Shown: positions 1-11,772 of the stretch, piece after piece
Numbering within the stretch: position 1 is the first letter of the stretch
How the letters are laid out: every line of letters starts with the position of its first letter
NCBI GenBank assembly: GCA_973895155.1
Contig: OZ316897.1
Span: 6,275,327-6,339,326 of the forward strand
Direction: 5' to 3'
DNA from: Marsupella aquatica
Taxonomy: Eukaryota; Plantae; Marchantiophyta
Length of the DNA stretch: 64,000 nt
Notes under the pieces: generated by a model
Told to the model about the DNA's origin: nothing
What the model saw: the letters and a program-made list of their open reading frames with translations, nothing else
The model's database searches: none
Made by a program: the position numbers and the translations under genes

Positions 1-289
1 TAGTTGTAGGAGATGTCGCCCTTGAAAATACTACATACAACTGTCCATGACTAAATACAGGCTTTGAAAACTATAACCCTACATGTTCTAAAGTCTGACC
101 TTGAGCTTTGTTTATGGTCATTGCATATGGAACTTGAATGGGAAATTGGACCCTTCGTAATAAAACAGGAAGTGATTTGTCAGATGTCAACGGAATCCGT
201 GGGATAAATGTAAGGGTCCCTGTATGTTTTCCTGCAAGAACTCATGCCTCAATGACACAACCCATGCCCGTGCGTTGCACGATTTTTTC

Positions 290-915
290 AGTGAGGGCAA
301 GATGTTGAGGTGAGGGCAAGATTTCTAGGTGAGGGCAAGATGTTGAGGAGAGTGCAAGATGTCGAGGCGTGAGCAAGATTTTGAAGTGAGGGCAAGATTT
401 TGAGATGAAGGCAAGATGTCAAGCGGGATGTCAAGGTGAAGGCAAGATGTTAAAGTGAGATAAAGATGTCAACGTGAGAAACGGATGTCAAGATGAGAAA
501 AATATGTCAAGATGAGAAAAATCTGTCGAGGAGAGAAAAAGGCATTGAAGAGAGAAAAATATGTCAAGGCGATGCAAGAAAATATAGCTTTCGCAAGATA
601 GTTGATAAGACATGTTATGTATTATCTCAACCATACAATCATTGTGGTCATATTCAACAACCGTGCATTGCATAGATGGTATAATTGCGTAAATGATGTT
701 GAAGTGGAAAAGAAGAGATTGCATAGAAGATGTCGAGGCAAGACAAAGATTTTGAGGTGAAGCAAAGATGTCGGGTGAAGCAAAGATGCAAGGCCAAATG
801 TTGACGTAAGTTTAGATGTAGAGGTGATGGAAAGATGTTGGGGTGAAGAAACAATGTCAAGGCAAGGCAAAAAAATGTAGGCAAAGACATGTAGGCAAAG
901 AAATGTAGGAAAGAA
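290..915. repeat. Degenerate ~19-20 bp tandem minisatellite (GAGGGCAAGATGTTGAGGT-like)
   Basis: Recurring GGCAAGATGT/CAAGATTTT units at 290-600 and 715-915. The ORFs listed over it are repeat by-products. Confidence 0.7.
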
Positions 916-2229
916 GCATGACCATTTTGGTTGTAATAGTTGTTGTGAAAATCTTATTGTTGGGGAGCGTGAAGGTTAGGGCACAGACCCAAGATGGGTG
1001 ACAGAGGTGCTAAGAGGGAATATTTTGTTTTGTTTGTAAATTTTCAATGCATAAAAATATTCTGATTTTTTAAATATATTCATAGTTTTCCAATTTTACA
1101 AAATTATAATTATAATTTTTCATTTAATGAATTGATTTTCATTTTTGGTTTGGGGTAGCTAGGGAAGACATTTGAGGGGAATTTTTAGGGTGGATTTAAT
1201 GGTGCCAAAATGAAATGATTTTAAATGAAGTGTCAAGATTGGCTTGAGCTTTTTTATGATTATGTAAACAAACCAAAGAGTGCAAGATCAAGTCCTTTAG
1301 AGTTTGATAGTTAGAGTTGATCTCAATTGGGGAATTTTATTTCTACTTGTTTCCACCCTTTACATGGCTAATATTCAATAGTTAGTACTGGATAATTACC
1401 AAAAAAACATTTGTTTTTGTTTCCAAGACTTTGGTATTGGCCATTTAGATTGGCTAAGTGAGTGGCTTCATGGTTAGGGTGAGTCAGGGGCACCTTGGCA
1501 AGGTGGATCCTCACCAGGACCAAGGCAAGTACAGGGTGCAAGGCACGATGGTGAGGTATTGGTGTGGCAGGGGCATACTGGAGAGACAGATCCTTCCGTG
1601 GACCAAGGCAAGTAATACATGGCATGACAGGGGCACAGTGGCTTGTCTAGGACTCATTACTGACGCGACAGGGGAGCAACAGGGCATTGTGAGCAAGGAC
1701 TACCATGGAGGTGGGAGGGAGACAGGGTGCTCTTTGCCTATTCATTTTTCTAATCAAAGGTCAGGAAAAAACGGTTGCATGATCCAACGGCCACCCTTCA
1801 ATCCCGCCAAATCTTGTTTTGTAATGAAAAAATACTAAATTTGGCGGGATCAGGTATTATAGTGTTAGAAAGTTACTCTGGACACCACTAAACCTACTTA
1901 GGGCGCCATTGCTAACTTTTACCAACTACATAACGGTTGCGCAGGGCAAACAGTTACCACGGGAATCGAGTATAGCCTGAGTGACAATCTTCATGAGACT
2001 TTGACTTGCTTACCCTAATTGCAGACTGTCTGCCTCAACTATTCTACTTTAGACTTGATTCACTCCATATCTCAGGGCACCTTCAACCTCTTTGGTCATG
2101 ATTCTTCACGATTCTATTCATCTTATGCTTTTACCAGGAGAGTTGAAGTGCCACGGTTGAAGTCAACAATGGGGAAGAAGGCTACTCCCATGAAACTGCC
2201 TAAGTCAAGGGGAGATTTGCATAGTTATT

Positions 2230-3849
2230 CTTTGTGGTCCTATGCAATTGGGTTGTACCAAAACCATCACAACGAGTATATTTGGTGCGACATGTGCACG
2301 AGGAGTTAGGGCACTTTGGTGTGAAGGGCACTTATAGCTTGCTACAGACATAGTATTGGTGGCATGGTATGCACACTGATGTCCAACAATTGATAGCTAA
2401 GTGTGTGGTTTGTGATCAAGTGCGAGCATTGTTCAATGGTCCCACTCGCCAGTTTCATCCATTGCCGATCATGGGTTTGGGATATTGATGGAGGTTGGAC
2501 TTTGCTAGTCTATTGCCTCTTATCCAACGTCATAATTGGTATGTTTTGGTTATGGTGGAACACTTCTCTGAGTGGATTGAACTAGTGGCATTGCCAGATA
2601 AAGCTAGTGGAGGAGTGGCTACTACATTTTTGGATCGAGTACTTAGTCACTTTGGAGCACCAGTTGAGGTGTTGACTGATCAAGGCACAAAATTCCATGG
2701 ATATTTTGAGGATTTGTGTGAGCAAGCTCTGATTGATCATTGTACTACTTCTTGCAATCATCTTGAGGCAGATGGATTGGCAAAGAGAGTTGTACAAACT
2801 GTGAAGAGAGGATTGCGTAAGGATGGCTTGCAGGTTGGTCATTTGGGAGACTGGGATCTCCAACTACCTTGGTTAGCTATGGGCTACCGTTTTAGTCGAC
2901 AAACATCACTTGCATCATTTTCACCTTATTTCTCGCTCTATGGTAGACGGGATGGTAGAGAGCCAGATTTTCCAGCGGCTATTTGTCATGATGTTGCAAC
3001 TGTTGTGGATTTGGATGATTCAGATGTTTGGGTCAAGCTTTGCTCAGAGAGGGCATGAGTTTTTGAGAGAGTCCTGCCCATGGCCTTTGACAACCTTGCT
3101 ATTGCCCAACATTGTGATACTTTGCGATATGCTACTATTTGTGGAGGAGGTTATCGCACAAGGATTAGAAGATTTCATCCTGCCCATTATGTTTATTTGC
3201 AGCAGACAACACTAACGACGCTTGATGTGACTGCAGGGTGGAGAATCTTATGTGTGCATGAAGTGTTGCCTTCTGGATTCCTTATGTTGGAAGGACATGA
3301 TGGTATGGTTTGGAAGGATCGTGCGTAATTGTGTGCCATGTCATCTTCCAAACATTGATGGTAATGTGGATCCAAACTTGACACATGTTCGTGCTGGTTT
3401 GAAGTGTATGTTGTGTGCATATGCTCAAGTAGCAGCTACTCTCGGGGGTCTCACTATATGGGGACCTCCCCATCGCCTGCAACGTTTTTAGGCCTCGGAC
3501 CCCCTAAAATGTAAGAAAAAAAAATATTTTTTAACCCCTATAAAGTTGGAATATTCTTGGAATATTCTAAAAATTGGATTAAAAAGACCCTAATGTTCTT
3601 ATAAGTCTCAAAATTGAATTTAAAAGATCCTATTGTTCTTCTACAAAAATTCTTAAGTCTTCCCTTAGAACCAATAAAATGACCCTATCCTTCGTCGCAC
3701 GTGATATGCCATTTTTGTGGAAGTGAAACCCCCGAGCAGCTACTATGTTGATTTGTGATCGGTGTTCTAGAGGATGGCACATGTCGTATTTGACAGCACC
3801 CTTACACATGATTCCTAGCGGATCATGCTTGTGTCCTCAATATCGGTGA
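2230..3849 (+). mobile_element. Ty3/Gypsy integrase remnant (HHCC, core, C-terminal PHD finger), decayed and split by a MITE
   Basis: HEELGHFGVK...YWWHGM...CVVCDQ (HHCC, ~2290-2420); core VEHFSEW...LTDQGTKF...DGLAKRVVQTVK...WDLQLPWLAMGYR...SPYF (2495-3058); then CMLC...|MLICDRCSRGWHMSYLTAPL...PSGSCLCPQY* once 3441-3744 is removed. Contains stops and frameshifts. Confidence 0.88.
3441..3736. mobile_element. 296-bp MITE of the P-like family, copy 1
   Basis: TIRs CTCGGGGGTCTCACT / AGTGAAACCCCCGAG; perfect 8-bp TSD CAGCTACT (3433-3440, 3737-3744). Excising it plus one TSD restores the integrase PHD reading frame. Confidence 0.95.
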
Positions 3850-4894
3850 TGCCAACTAGTTATCATTTGTGTTCTCGTGGAAGATATAGATTGCAGGTAG
3901 GTGATCGATGGGGCTCACTTGCACCCGGCCTCCTAATCTTCACACCTAAAAAGGTGTATATCAACCTTGTAGAACTCATGGCTAGCTAGAGTTAGGGTAC
4001 CTCACTCCCAGCTAGGGAGCGTTTGTAGGTTTTGGGCATGTGTGGAGATGGGTTCCATTTGCACTCCATTCTCTTATGTTTGTGTCGTTGGATTGTGACT
4101 ATGCTTGGATACGTGTGACAAACAATGTATGTTGTGTAGCGATGTGTATGCGCATGATAGGTGTCACACCATTTAAAGTGGTAGTATAGTATATCGTACT
4201 ATCTAGGTATACAGGTTTTGTATGTGTGCTATATGAGCACTTTGTGTTTAGTTTGAATTGGTGTGAGGGATAGTTATCCCCTTGTGTTGGCTCAAAGGCC
4301 TCATCTTTCAATGTTGAGCCTTTGATCACAAGCTTTGGTGGCTATGGTATGGTTGACCAGGTTGTGTGCATGTAACGTGGATTCCTTGAAGCACAAGGTG
4401 CATTGGGCTTGACATACATATGTGATCGCATTAAACGGGATTGTTGTTGGATTAGCACCAATCGTTGTTTGATTTCCACCATTTAAAATTATTGTGGGTT
4501 TTGGGCATGTGTGGAGATGGGTTCCATTTGCACTCCATTCTCTTATGTTTGTGTTGTTGGATTGTGACTATGCTTGGATATGTGTGTCAAGCGATGTATG
4601 TTGTATAGCAATGTGTATGCGCACAACAACTCATTACTTAGTAAAGGCATGGCACTTGACCTTGGTTGTTATGCAGATTCCCTTAAGGTCAGATCGGCGG
4701 CGGTACCTTAAGTACCCATTATGGTTGTCCCAACTGTTTTAGGATAATAACCGTGCTTTATTGTGAACGACAAAATTTTTGGGGTCCGCACAATATACAT
4801 TGTTTTAAGTGTGAAGATCGGGAGGCACGTTATGCACCGTTGGAAGCGAATGATTGACCCTGCACAACGGGCAGAAGCTAGGGAGGGGTGTCAC
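3850..4894 (+). mobile_element. Putative Gypsy 3' UTR/LTR with an internal ~125-bp direct duplication
   Basis: Follows the integrase stop; ~4028-4154 is repeated at ~4497-4624; ends in GGGGTGTCACA (4894), an LTR-like 3' terminus. 5' boundary not resolved. Confidence 0.5.
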
Positions 4895-4899
4895 ACAAA

Positions 4900-5510
4900 C
4901 AACCCGACCTTAATTCCGAGTTACTTGACATTGCCTTTTGTGCTTACAAGTTGAATCCAAGGAAGGTACATTAGGAAGCAGTGAAATGGGTTATGAGGTA
5001 CTTGAAGGGTACTTTGGATCATGGTCTTTTATTTGATACAAATGCAAAGAATGCTAGATCAATGATTGGTTACGTAGATTTTGACTATGGACAACATCTG
5101 GTCCGGAGGAGATCAACAACAAGGTATGTGTTCACACTTGGCGATGAATGCGAGGATGAATGCATAAGTTGGAGGTCTGCCTTGTAGAAAAGCATAGCGC
5201 AGTCTACTACAAAAGCAAAGTATGTTGAAGCAATGGAAGTAGCAAAACAAAGGATTTGGTTGGATAGACTTATCACAAAGATGTGATTGCCATAAGGATA
5301 TGTGAAGCTCCATTGTTTCAAAGTGCGCTCCACCTTGTTGTGAACCAGGTAATGGACAACAGAGTGAAGCATATTGACATCAGGTACAATTTTATCAGGT
5401 AGACTATGTCTGATAATTTGTCTGAGCTAGTCAAGATTGACGGTAGACTAACATATTTACCAAAGTCATTCATTTGGAATATTTTTCTAGACACGTTGAC
5501 ATGTTGGAGG
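4900..5510 (+). mobile_element. Ty1/Copia RT C-terminus and RNase H remnant
   Basis: AVKWVMRYLKGT...IGYVDFDY...RRSTTRYVFTLG...ISWRS...AQSTTKAKY...VKHIDIRYNFIR, with stops and frameshifts. Confidence 0.9.
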
Positions 5511-5716
5511 TTTTGCAATTGCATCACAAGTAGGTTTTTTTCAACATTTGTGTAATTACTGATATATGCTCTTGCTCATTCCTATGTATTGGGCTACAAC
5601 TTAGTTCTAGTTTGCTCTAGTTAGAGAGGGGAAACCGATTTGGTCTTTCTCCTGAGCTTTTTGCTGAGTAACCATATAGGTTAGAAGTATTACTCCCCTA
5701 GAGTCAAGGGGAAGAT

Positions 5717-6153
5717 TGTTAGGCATTTACTCTTAGTCTAGGGTTACAACTAGAACCGTAGTTAGGGTTAACTATAGTCACAAACTAGGTTAGGTTAACT
5801 AGGTTGCACACTAATCCAATTGGTGTTTTTTTGGATAGGAGGACCTTAGGCTCATTGTTACAGAGCTAGTTGAGAGATAGGGAGATCTTGTATTGTGGCT
5901 GGTATGGCCGATGGGCCTAGAGTGCAGTAAAGCTCTTGTGTGTTCCTGTGAACGTAGCCTCAAACTGAGGTGAACCACTGTATATCTCTCCATGTTGATT
6001 GTTTGTGCATTGGATATTCATGGGCTTGACGTTGTGAATGTCGTCTTTTCTCAACTAGCCTCAACTGAGATGAAGCATATATCTCTTGATGTAGACAACT
6101 TATGCGTTGGATGATCATGGGCTTGTCATTGTGAATGTCATCTTTGCTCAACT
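5717..6153 (+). mobile_element. Copia 3' LTR with a partly duplicated 3' end
   Basis: Polypurine tract AAGGGGAAGA (5706-5715) followed by TGTTAGGC; homologous by eye to the LTR at 48459-48803. Confidence 0.8.
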
Positions 6154-6716
6154 CTTCTTTGTCTTGAAGCTCCAATTTGAGCCCAATTGAAAGGAAGTAA
6201 AATGAATCAATGAATTAGACGGTACGATTGAAAAAACATTTACGCCACTCCATTGCTCCCATATCACGGATTCAAGCCCCTTGCTTAAAAACTGTCAACT
6301 TATGACAAACTTCATGAGAACATAGCGCATTTTCAAAATGTGTGTGATGTCTTGACGATTTTCTTGACAAGGTTGTCAAAGTTGTCAACAGCTTGCGACA
6401 TAAACCTTACCTTTGAATTTGGCAGATGGGTCAATTAATTTGAAGTACTTTTGGATCTCAATTTAAACTAACAATTTGTTGGTACGGTCTCTCTGGTGTG
6501 GAATCTGTTACCTGACAACATTTGAGATTTTTTTGAGATCATTTGTTCCAGTTTTTATGAACACAAAGATTGTCAAATATACAAATCATGATTTCACATT
6601 ACACTTATAAATTTTCATGTGGGTCAACTAAAAGCTCCTGGTAATGGCATGATGTCTTTCACGTTTAATGTCATCAAGTTGTCAAGCTATTGAAAAGACA
6701 GGTTGGGTAACAGAAC

Positions 6717-6919
6717 CAAAACTGGCTCCAAACACTAAGAAGATTGTTTACAAGACTGTTTACAAGTCATATTTTTACTCAAAAATGTAAACAATGTTAT
6801 TTGAGGGTTTTGAGCAAGTCAAAACTGGCTCCAAACACTAAGAAGATTGTTTACAAGACTGTTTACAAGTCATATTTTCACTCAAAAATGTAAACAATGT
6901 TATTTGAGGGTTTTGAGCA
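6717..6919. repeat. Near-perfect tandem duplication, 103-bp period
   Basis: CAAAACTGGCTCCAAACACTAAG...GAGGGTTTTGAGCA starts at 6717 and again at 6820. Confidence 0.9.
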
Positions 6920-8949
6920 TGTCCATCCAAGCTTGGCCAATCCATCTGGGCTTTATTGTCAATTCATAGACAATGTGGAGTCCATCAGTGTTTTAGTTTC
7001 ATAATTGCTACTCTTGCCTCCTCTGGCACTCTCCTCCCTCGCAACTTTTGACACTCCATAATGACACCTCATTTGAGACTTATGCTTTCACCATCTTCCA
7101 CAATGATTTCTCTTGCAACAATCATTTTAAGACATTTTGGGGCTTATACTTTCACCATCTTCAGTGTTCAAATTTGTTGCACTCAACATCGTTTTCGCAT
7201 AACTGCTATGTTGCTGTACATCAAGACCATAGCCACAACAACAAAATCACAATGATGAGACACATCTGCAATAACGACACGACCACAACCATCCGTCCAA
7301 CAAGGCTAGTATCTATATTGTATGGCTTGTCGGATTCAACACTTCAGGTGCCGGCAGCAATCCTGTTAAATATGATGCAACCGCTTCTATGACAAGCTTG
7401 TTTCTACCAGAAAGCAGATTCATGTTGAGGTACCAGCACTTGAGATATGTCAGACCCAGAGAGCAGCCTTGGTCCGTCTCAGGAAGTGGAAAGCGTTTTA
7501 CTACGAAGTGTCCACCACAAAAGTGTAAGGGCAATGCATTGCTTGGACAAAGTTGCACATCAAGCTATATCTTGAAGGAAAAATCGTTGCTGAGGTAGGT
7601 GAAGTTCATGTGCTAAACTGCGGTTGGAATCAATGATGTTTTTGTGATGATACAATCATCTAGTTTGAAGACCAAACTTCTTCAAGAGTAATTCAACCTA
7701 TTGTAAGTTGCAGTTCTCAAAGTTTGACGAGGTCATGCTAGGGACAAGACAAGACAAGACGTTGAATCACAGTGGGCACTAGTGTCAGATGTAGAATAGA
7801 TACAACAGCTGCGAGCTAGTCATGTACTTCTGCCCGAGTTCTCGACTTCAGCTGGATATTGAAGTTGCAAGCTCATCAAGGGCAACTGTTTTGTTCCCAC
7901 GAATTGAACGTCATGAATGGCAGCCCCGTTGACTCGGTGAGGAGAACCAATCCAGCAATTTGTTGCAATCTGTAAAGGAATGCATCCATAAAACCTTTCG
8001 TTTAATTCTCACGGTGATGTCCATTCCAGGTTATGGCGTCTTGGTAAATCCGGAGGTGCCTGGATTCCTCTCTGCTTCCAGGCTTCATGGCCACATTGTT
8101 TTTGGTACTGTGAATTCAGAGCCGCCTCAAAGACACTGATTAGTTCGTCGAGAGGGGATCCTTCGCTTGTGCTTGCCTTGAGCTGTCGATCTAAGCCGGT
8201 ATTGTTAGAGCAAATTACTGTCAATTCGTGTTCAACAGCGCAAACCAGTTGGACTCATGGACAGAAACAAACGATATGGTAGTGCAGTGCAGCCTTGACA
8301 CTCATCGGCAGGTTGCAAAGAGAGTTGTATAGTTGCTGTACAAGAACAAATGAACCATTATGAGAGGGGAAGGAGCAATGATATCACTGGTAGCGAGCAA
8401 GGTGGCAGGGCACGCTTACCTTACAAAGATGCGATTCATTGACAAGAACAGCATCTCTAGGCGTTGGTTGAAGAAACAATGTAAGTCACCTACTTCAAAC
8501 CTCGAGATTGCCCACCTGTGACATTCCAAATCCTTCTTTGAGTTCTTGCCCTTCGCTAATCAGAACTGCTCAACAGGTGCAGATATTTGATACTAAAGCA
8601 GCTCTAAACGCATTTCAAGGAGTACACCTTGGCCACTGATAAGGAAGCTACTCGGAAAACAGCAAACATCGTGAGGCAGCTACTCCTTAAGAGTTACATG
8701 TCCCTGCTAACATCGGACAGCAAATCCTCATGTTACCACTTTCACTGAAATCAGACCTGAACAGGACCACCCTAGGAATATCCTTTAAATGCTTTTCAAA
8801 CATTGAGCATGAACAAATTAGTGTCCAGATTCAAAAGGTCTCGCTTTTACCCACTCTATTGCCTAGGGGCTCCCGTACAATATCGTTGCCTAGGGAATAA
8901 GATCTAAGACGATCCTGAGAGACAGGCAGAATATGGGGATGTGAAGAAC

Positions 8950-11772
8950 CTTTGCTGCAAGATTCCACGCCTCACGGTGTCGCTCCTGAAGCAGTCGCCA
9001 TTGCGTCCCCATCTCAAATACCACTGTATTTGGTTGCGAGCACTGTGAAGTTGCACCGCTTTTCCCCTTCAAAATAATAGTTTAAAAAAAGCGGACATTT
9101 ACAAATCAGACTAGGGCATGGATTTCAACAAATTTTTCAATTCAGTTGCAAAAATGAACTACACATGCTCACCTCAAAAAACGAGTCAAACCCTATTGAG
9201 AAAATGTTGCACCATGATCAAGTATTCAACAAAACACCATAATTCCCACCTGTTGATATTCGGCATTAGATGGATTGAACTTGGCCAACTTCAGGAAACC
9301 ATGAAAACGATTGATTTCGTGTCTTTTCTTACAGGCAAGAGATGCCACCACAGGCCTGATACACATGAAGCTCACAAACTGAGCTCACATTGCTAAACAG
9401 AGTTCCAGAATGCATTGAGTGAACATAAAGAAAATGGCATTCACGATTTTTTCTACTAGTACCCAAATAAACAGGTAGACTGCATTGTCATGTTTCGTAA
9501 TCTGAAACACTTGGCAGAAATTTTGCGAGAATATCAGTCCATGACGACACAAACAACCAGGCCGAACAAATAGGCTAGGGAGACGCATACCTTTGATCTT
9601 CTGACCAGATCAAGACGTTTTCTGTAAACTTTGCATAAGCTTTCTCTGCTTCCAATTGGCTTTGAAACAGAACAAGAGCTTCTCCTGGACAATTCCAAAG
9701 AACGAATTTAATTTTGAAAGAAACCCTAGAAGGACAGCCCAAGAGAATACCTAGTTATTTCCGATTGACAACAACCACAAGGGAAAGGGTGCAGTTGTCT
9801 TCTGCGTAGCCAAGAACACTTCTCCTACGAGTAGAAACTGAGCTCAATAACTCACCTGAAGTGTAGGAAGAAAAGTCCTTTGGTGGGAGCATGCGCGCTT
9901 CGCAAGAGACTTGCAGCAACTCTGTTAGCATGCCCTGCAATATCACCTCACACCAAAAATCCAAAACTTATTTCACAACGGCAACATCGTCCTATTGCGG
10001 AGCTAAACAATGCGCTGTACACATTTAGGACAAACTGGTAGTTCAAATACACAAAATTCTTTTGAGAATTGCTACAAAGACTATGCTTTAGTCATCGGGC
10101 AAATTTACAGACAAAAAGATTGGAAATTACAGTAAACGTGCGTTGACTTTGTACCTCAATCTCAGATGATGAGAACCAGGGATCTAAATTTTTCAGAAGA
10201 AGGGTCCTGCCTTTCTCGACGGCTATCTCGAGGGCCTTGTGCCATGGCTGGAAACCAAAGAGATCCAGATGTCAACTCCCAGCCTATCCTAGAAACTGCA
10301 GGACAGATGCTGCTTGCACCTACAAAACGGCCATTAAAAATTAAATAACTTACCAATTTAAAAAACTTCTGAACACCCGAAAGACGACGGTCTTGTTCTG
10401 AATCATGAACCTGTTTTCCAGTCAACTCATTGTGAACCAATTCAACGCCAACAATATTTTGAATCACATTGGACTTGTATGTTGGGGAGACTGGAAGAGT
10501 TGGAGCTCCTCTTGGATCCTGCATCCGTTTCCCCTTCAACTCACTCTCTACCGACTCAATGCCTTCAGCTTTTGGAGTCACATTGCACTTGTAAACTTGG
10601 GAGACATTTTTGTGAGGCTCACTGAGAGCACTAAGAGAGGCATCAGTCACTTTGGGTTTTTCCGAAGTACCCGACTGTGATTTGGGACCTGAGGCGTCAA
10701 GTCTAGGCATTTTCTTTTTTGCCTCCGCTATAAGATCATGCATCTCCACTGGTTTCCTCACATTTCCCCTATTGCTCTTAATCGCTAGCCTAGGATTATC
10801 GGAAGCGATTCCAACCGGTTGAGGAGCACGACGATCAGAGCCAATGACCCTTGTTACAGATTGCAGGCCAGGCTTCACTGCTTTCGTAAGATATCCACCG
10901 TTGCTCTTACCCACTTGCGATGGACCATCTGAAGCCCTTCGACTTAGCAGAGGACGAGGCCGATCATAGTCAGTGACCATTGCTGCAGGTTCTATGGCAG
11001 ACTGCACTGAATTCCTCGGACGTTCGGCACATTCATTCTTCACTTCGTGAGTCTGCACTCCGATACCGGTGACGTAACAAACCCCAAATTGTTTGACAAC
11101 CAACTTCAAGCTCGCTACCTGTAGATTGCACGCGTCAAACGCAAAACTGAAGATGTGGTCAGACCCTGATATCAACTCTTCGGAAGGGCTAGGAAGATTC
11201 CAATCGAGTGGTGCGGTGCAGACGACTTTGCATTTGCCAATAGTCGAAGCCTAAAAACACAAGAGCAAAGGTTAAGCATGCTTGACATCCAACTGGAGTC
11301 CTAAAGATAGTCTCACATCAATTAAGAATTGAGAATCCTGAGAGAATGTCTACCTGATATAATGCAGGAAATCCCTGTCCTTCTCTATATAAATTGGTCT
11401 AATGCGTGGAGAGAGTGGTGCCACGAGAGTGAAACCTACCGGGTTGACAACATTTTTAGATCCAGTACCCCACATCATGAAGATTTCTTTGGAGTCTTCT
11501 TTGAAGTTCACACCCGCTGTTCGTAGAGGCAGTTCGCAAGGTCTGCAGAACCATCGAACCATCATACATTTCTCCCTGGTCTTCTCCTTCTCGTGCATGG
11601 ACAGAATTTTCGCAATGTATGGCGGTCCATCGCCAGCCAGCAGATACACAGTGTCATTCAGACTGTAAGTAATACCATCTAGATTAAATGACGAAAAAAA
11701 TTTCGTAATCTTCGGGCTCTGCTTCGCCTGGCCCCAAGAGACGCCATATCTGTCCTTCTCATGATCATCCAT
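8950..11772 (-). CDS. ASI1: ANTI-SILENCING 1 / IBM2 / SG1 orthologue (N-terminal BAH plus C-terminal RRM); last exon unresolved
   Basis: Phase-consistent GT-AG exons 11772-11440, 11250-10354, 10247-10155, 9934-9856, 9684-9591, 9355-9250, 9066-8950. BAH: FSSFNLDGITYSLNDTVY...PYIAKI...VRWFCRP...GKCKVVC...HIFSFAFD. RRM region: PWHKALEIAVEKGRTLLLKNLDPWFSSSEIE...CEARM...GEALVLF...RPVVAS...TSQCSQPNTVVFEMGTQW. Collinear with ASI1 as I recall it. Confidence 0.88.

Noticed and set aside
290-915. Regularly spaced short repeats resembling a CRISPR array
   Set aside because: Degenerate contiguous minisatellite without unique spacers; eukaryotic context and no cas genes.
1801-1851. 12-bp inverted repeat ATCCCGCCAAAT/ATTTGGCGGGAT
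   Set aside because: Isolated, with no matching element end or TSD; function cannot be supported.
8009-8224. Candidate final ASI1 exon or separate small gene
   Set aside because: No recognisable ASI1 C-terminal similarity and several competing acceptors; unresolved without transcripts.
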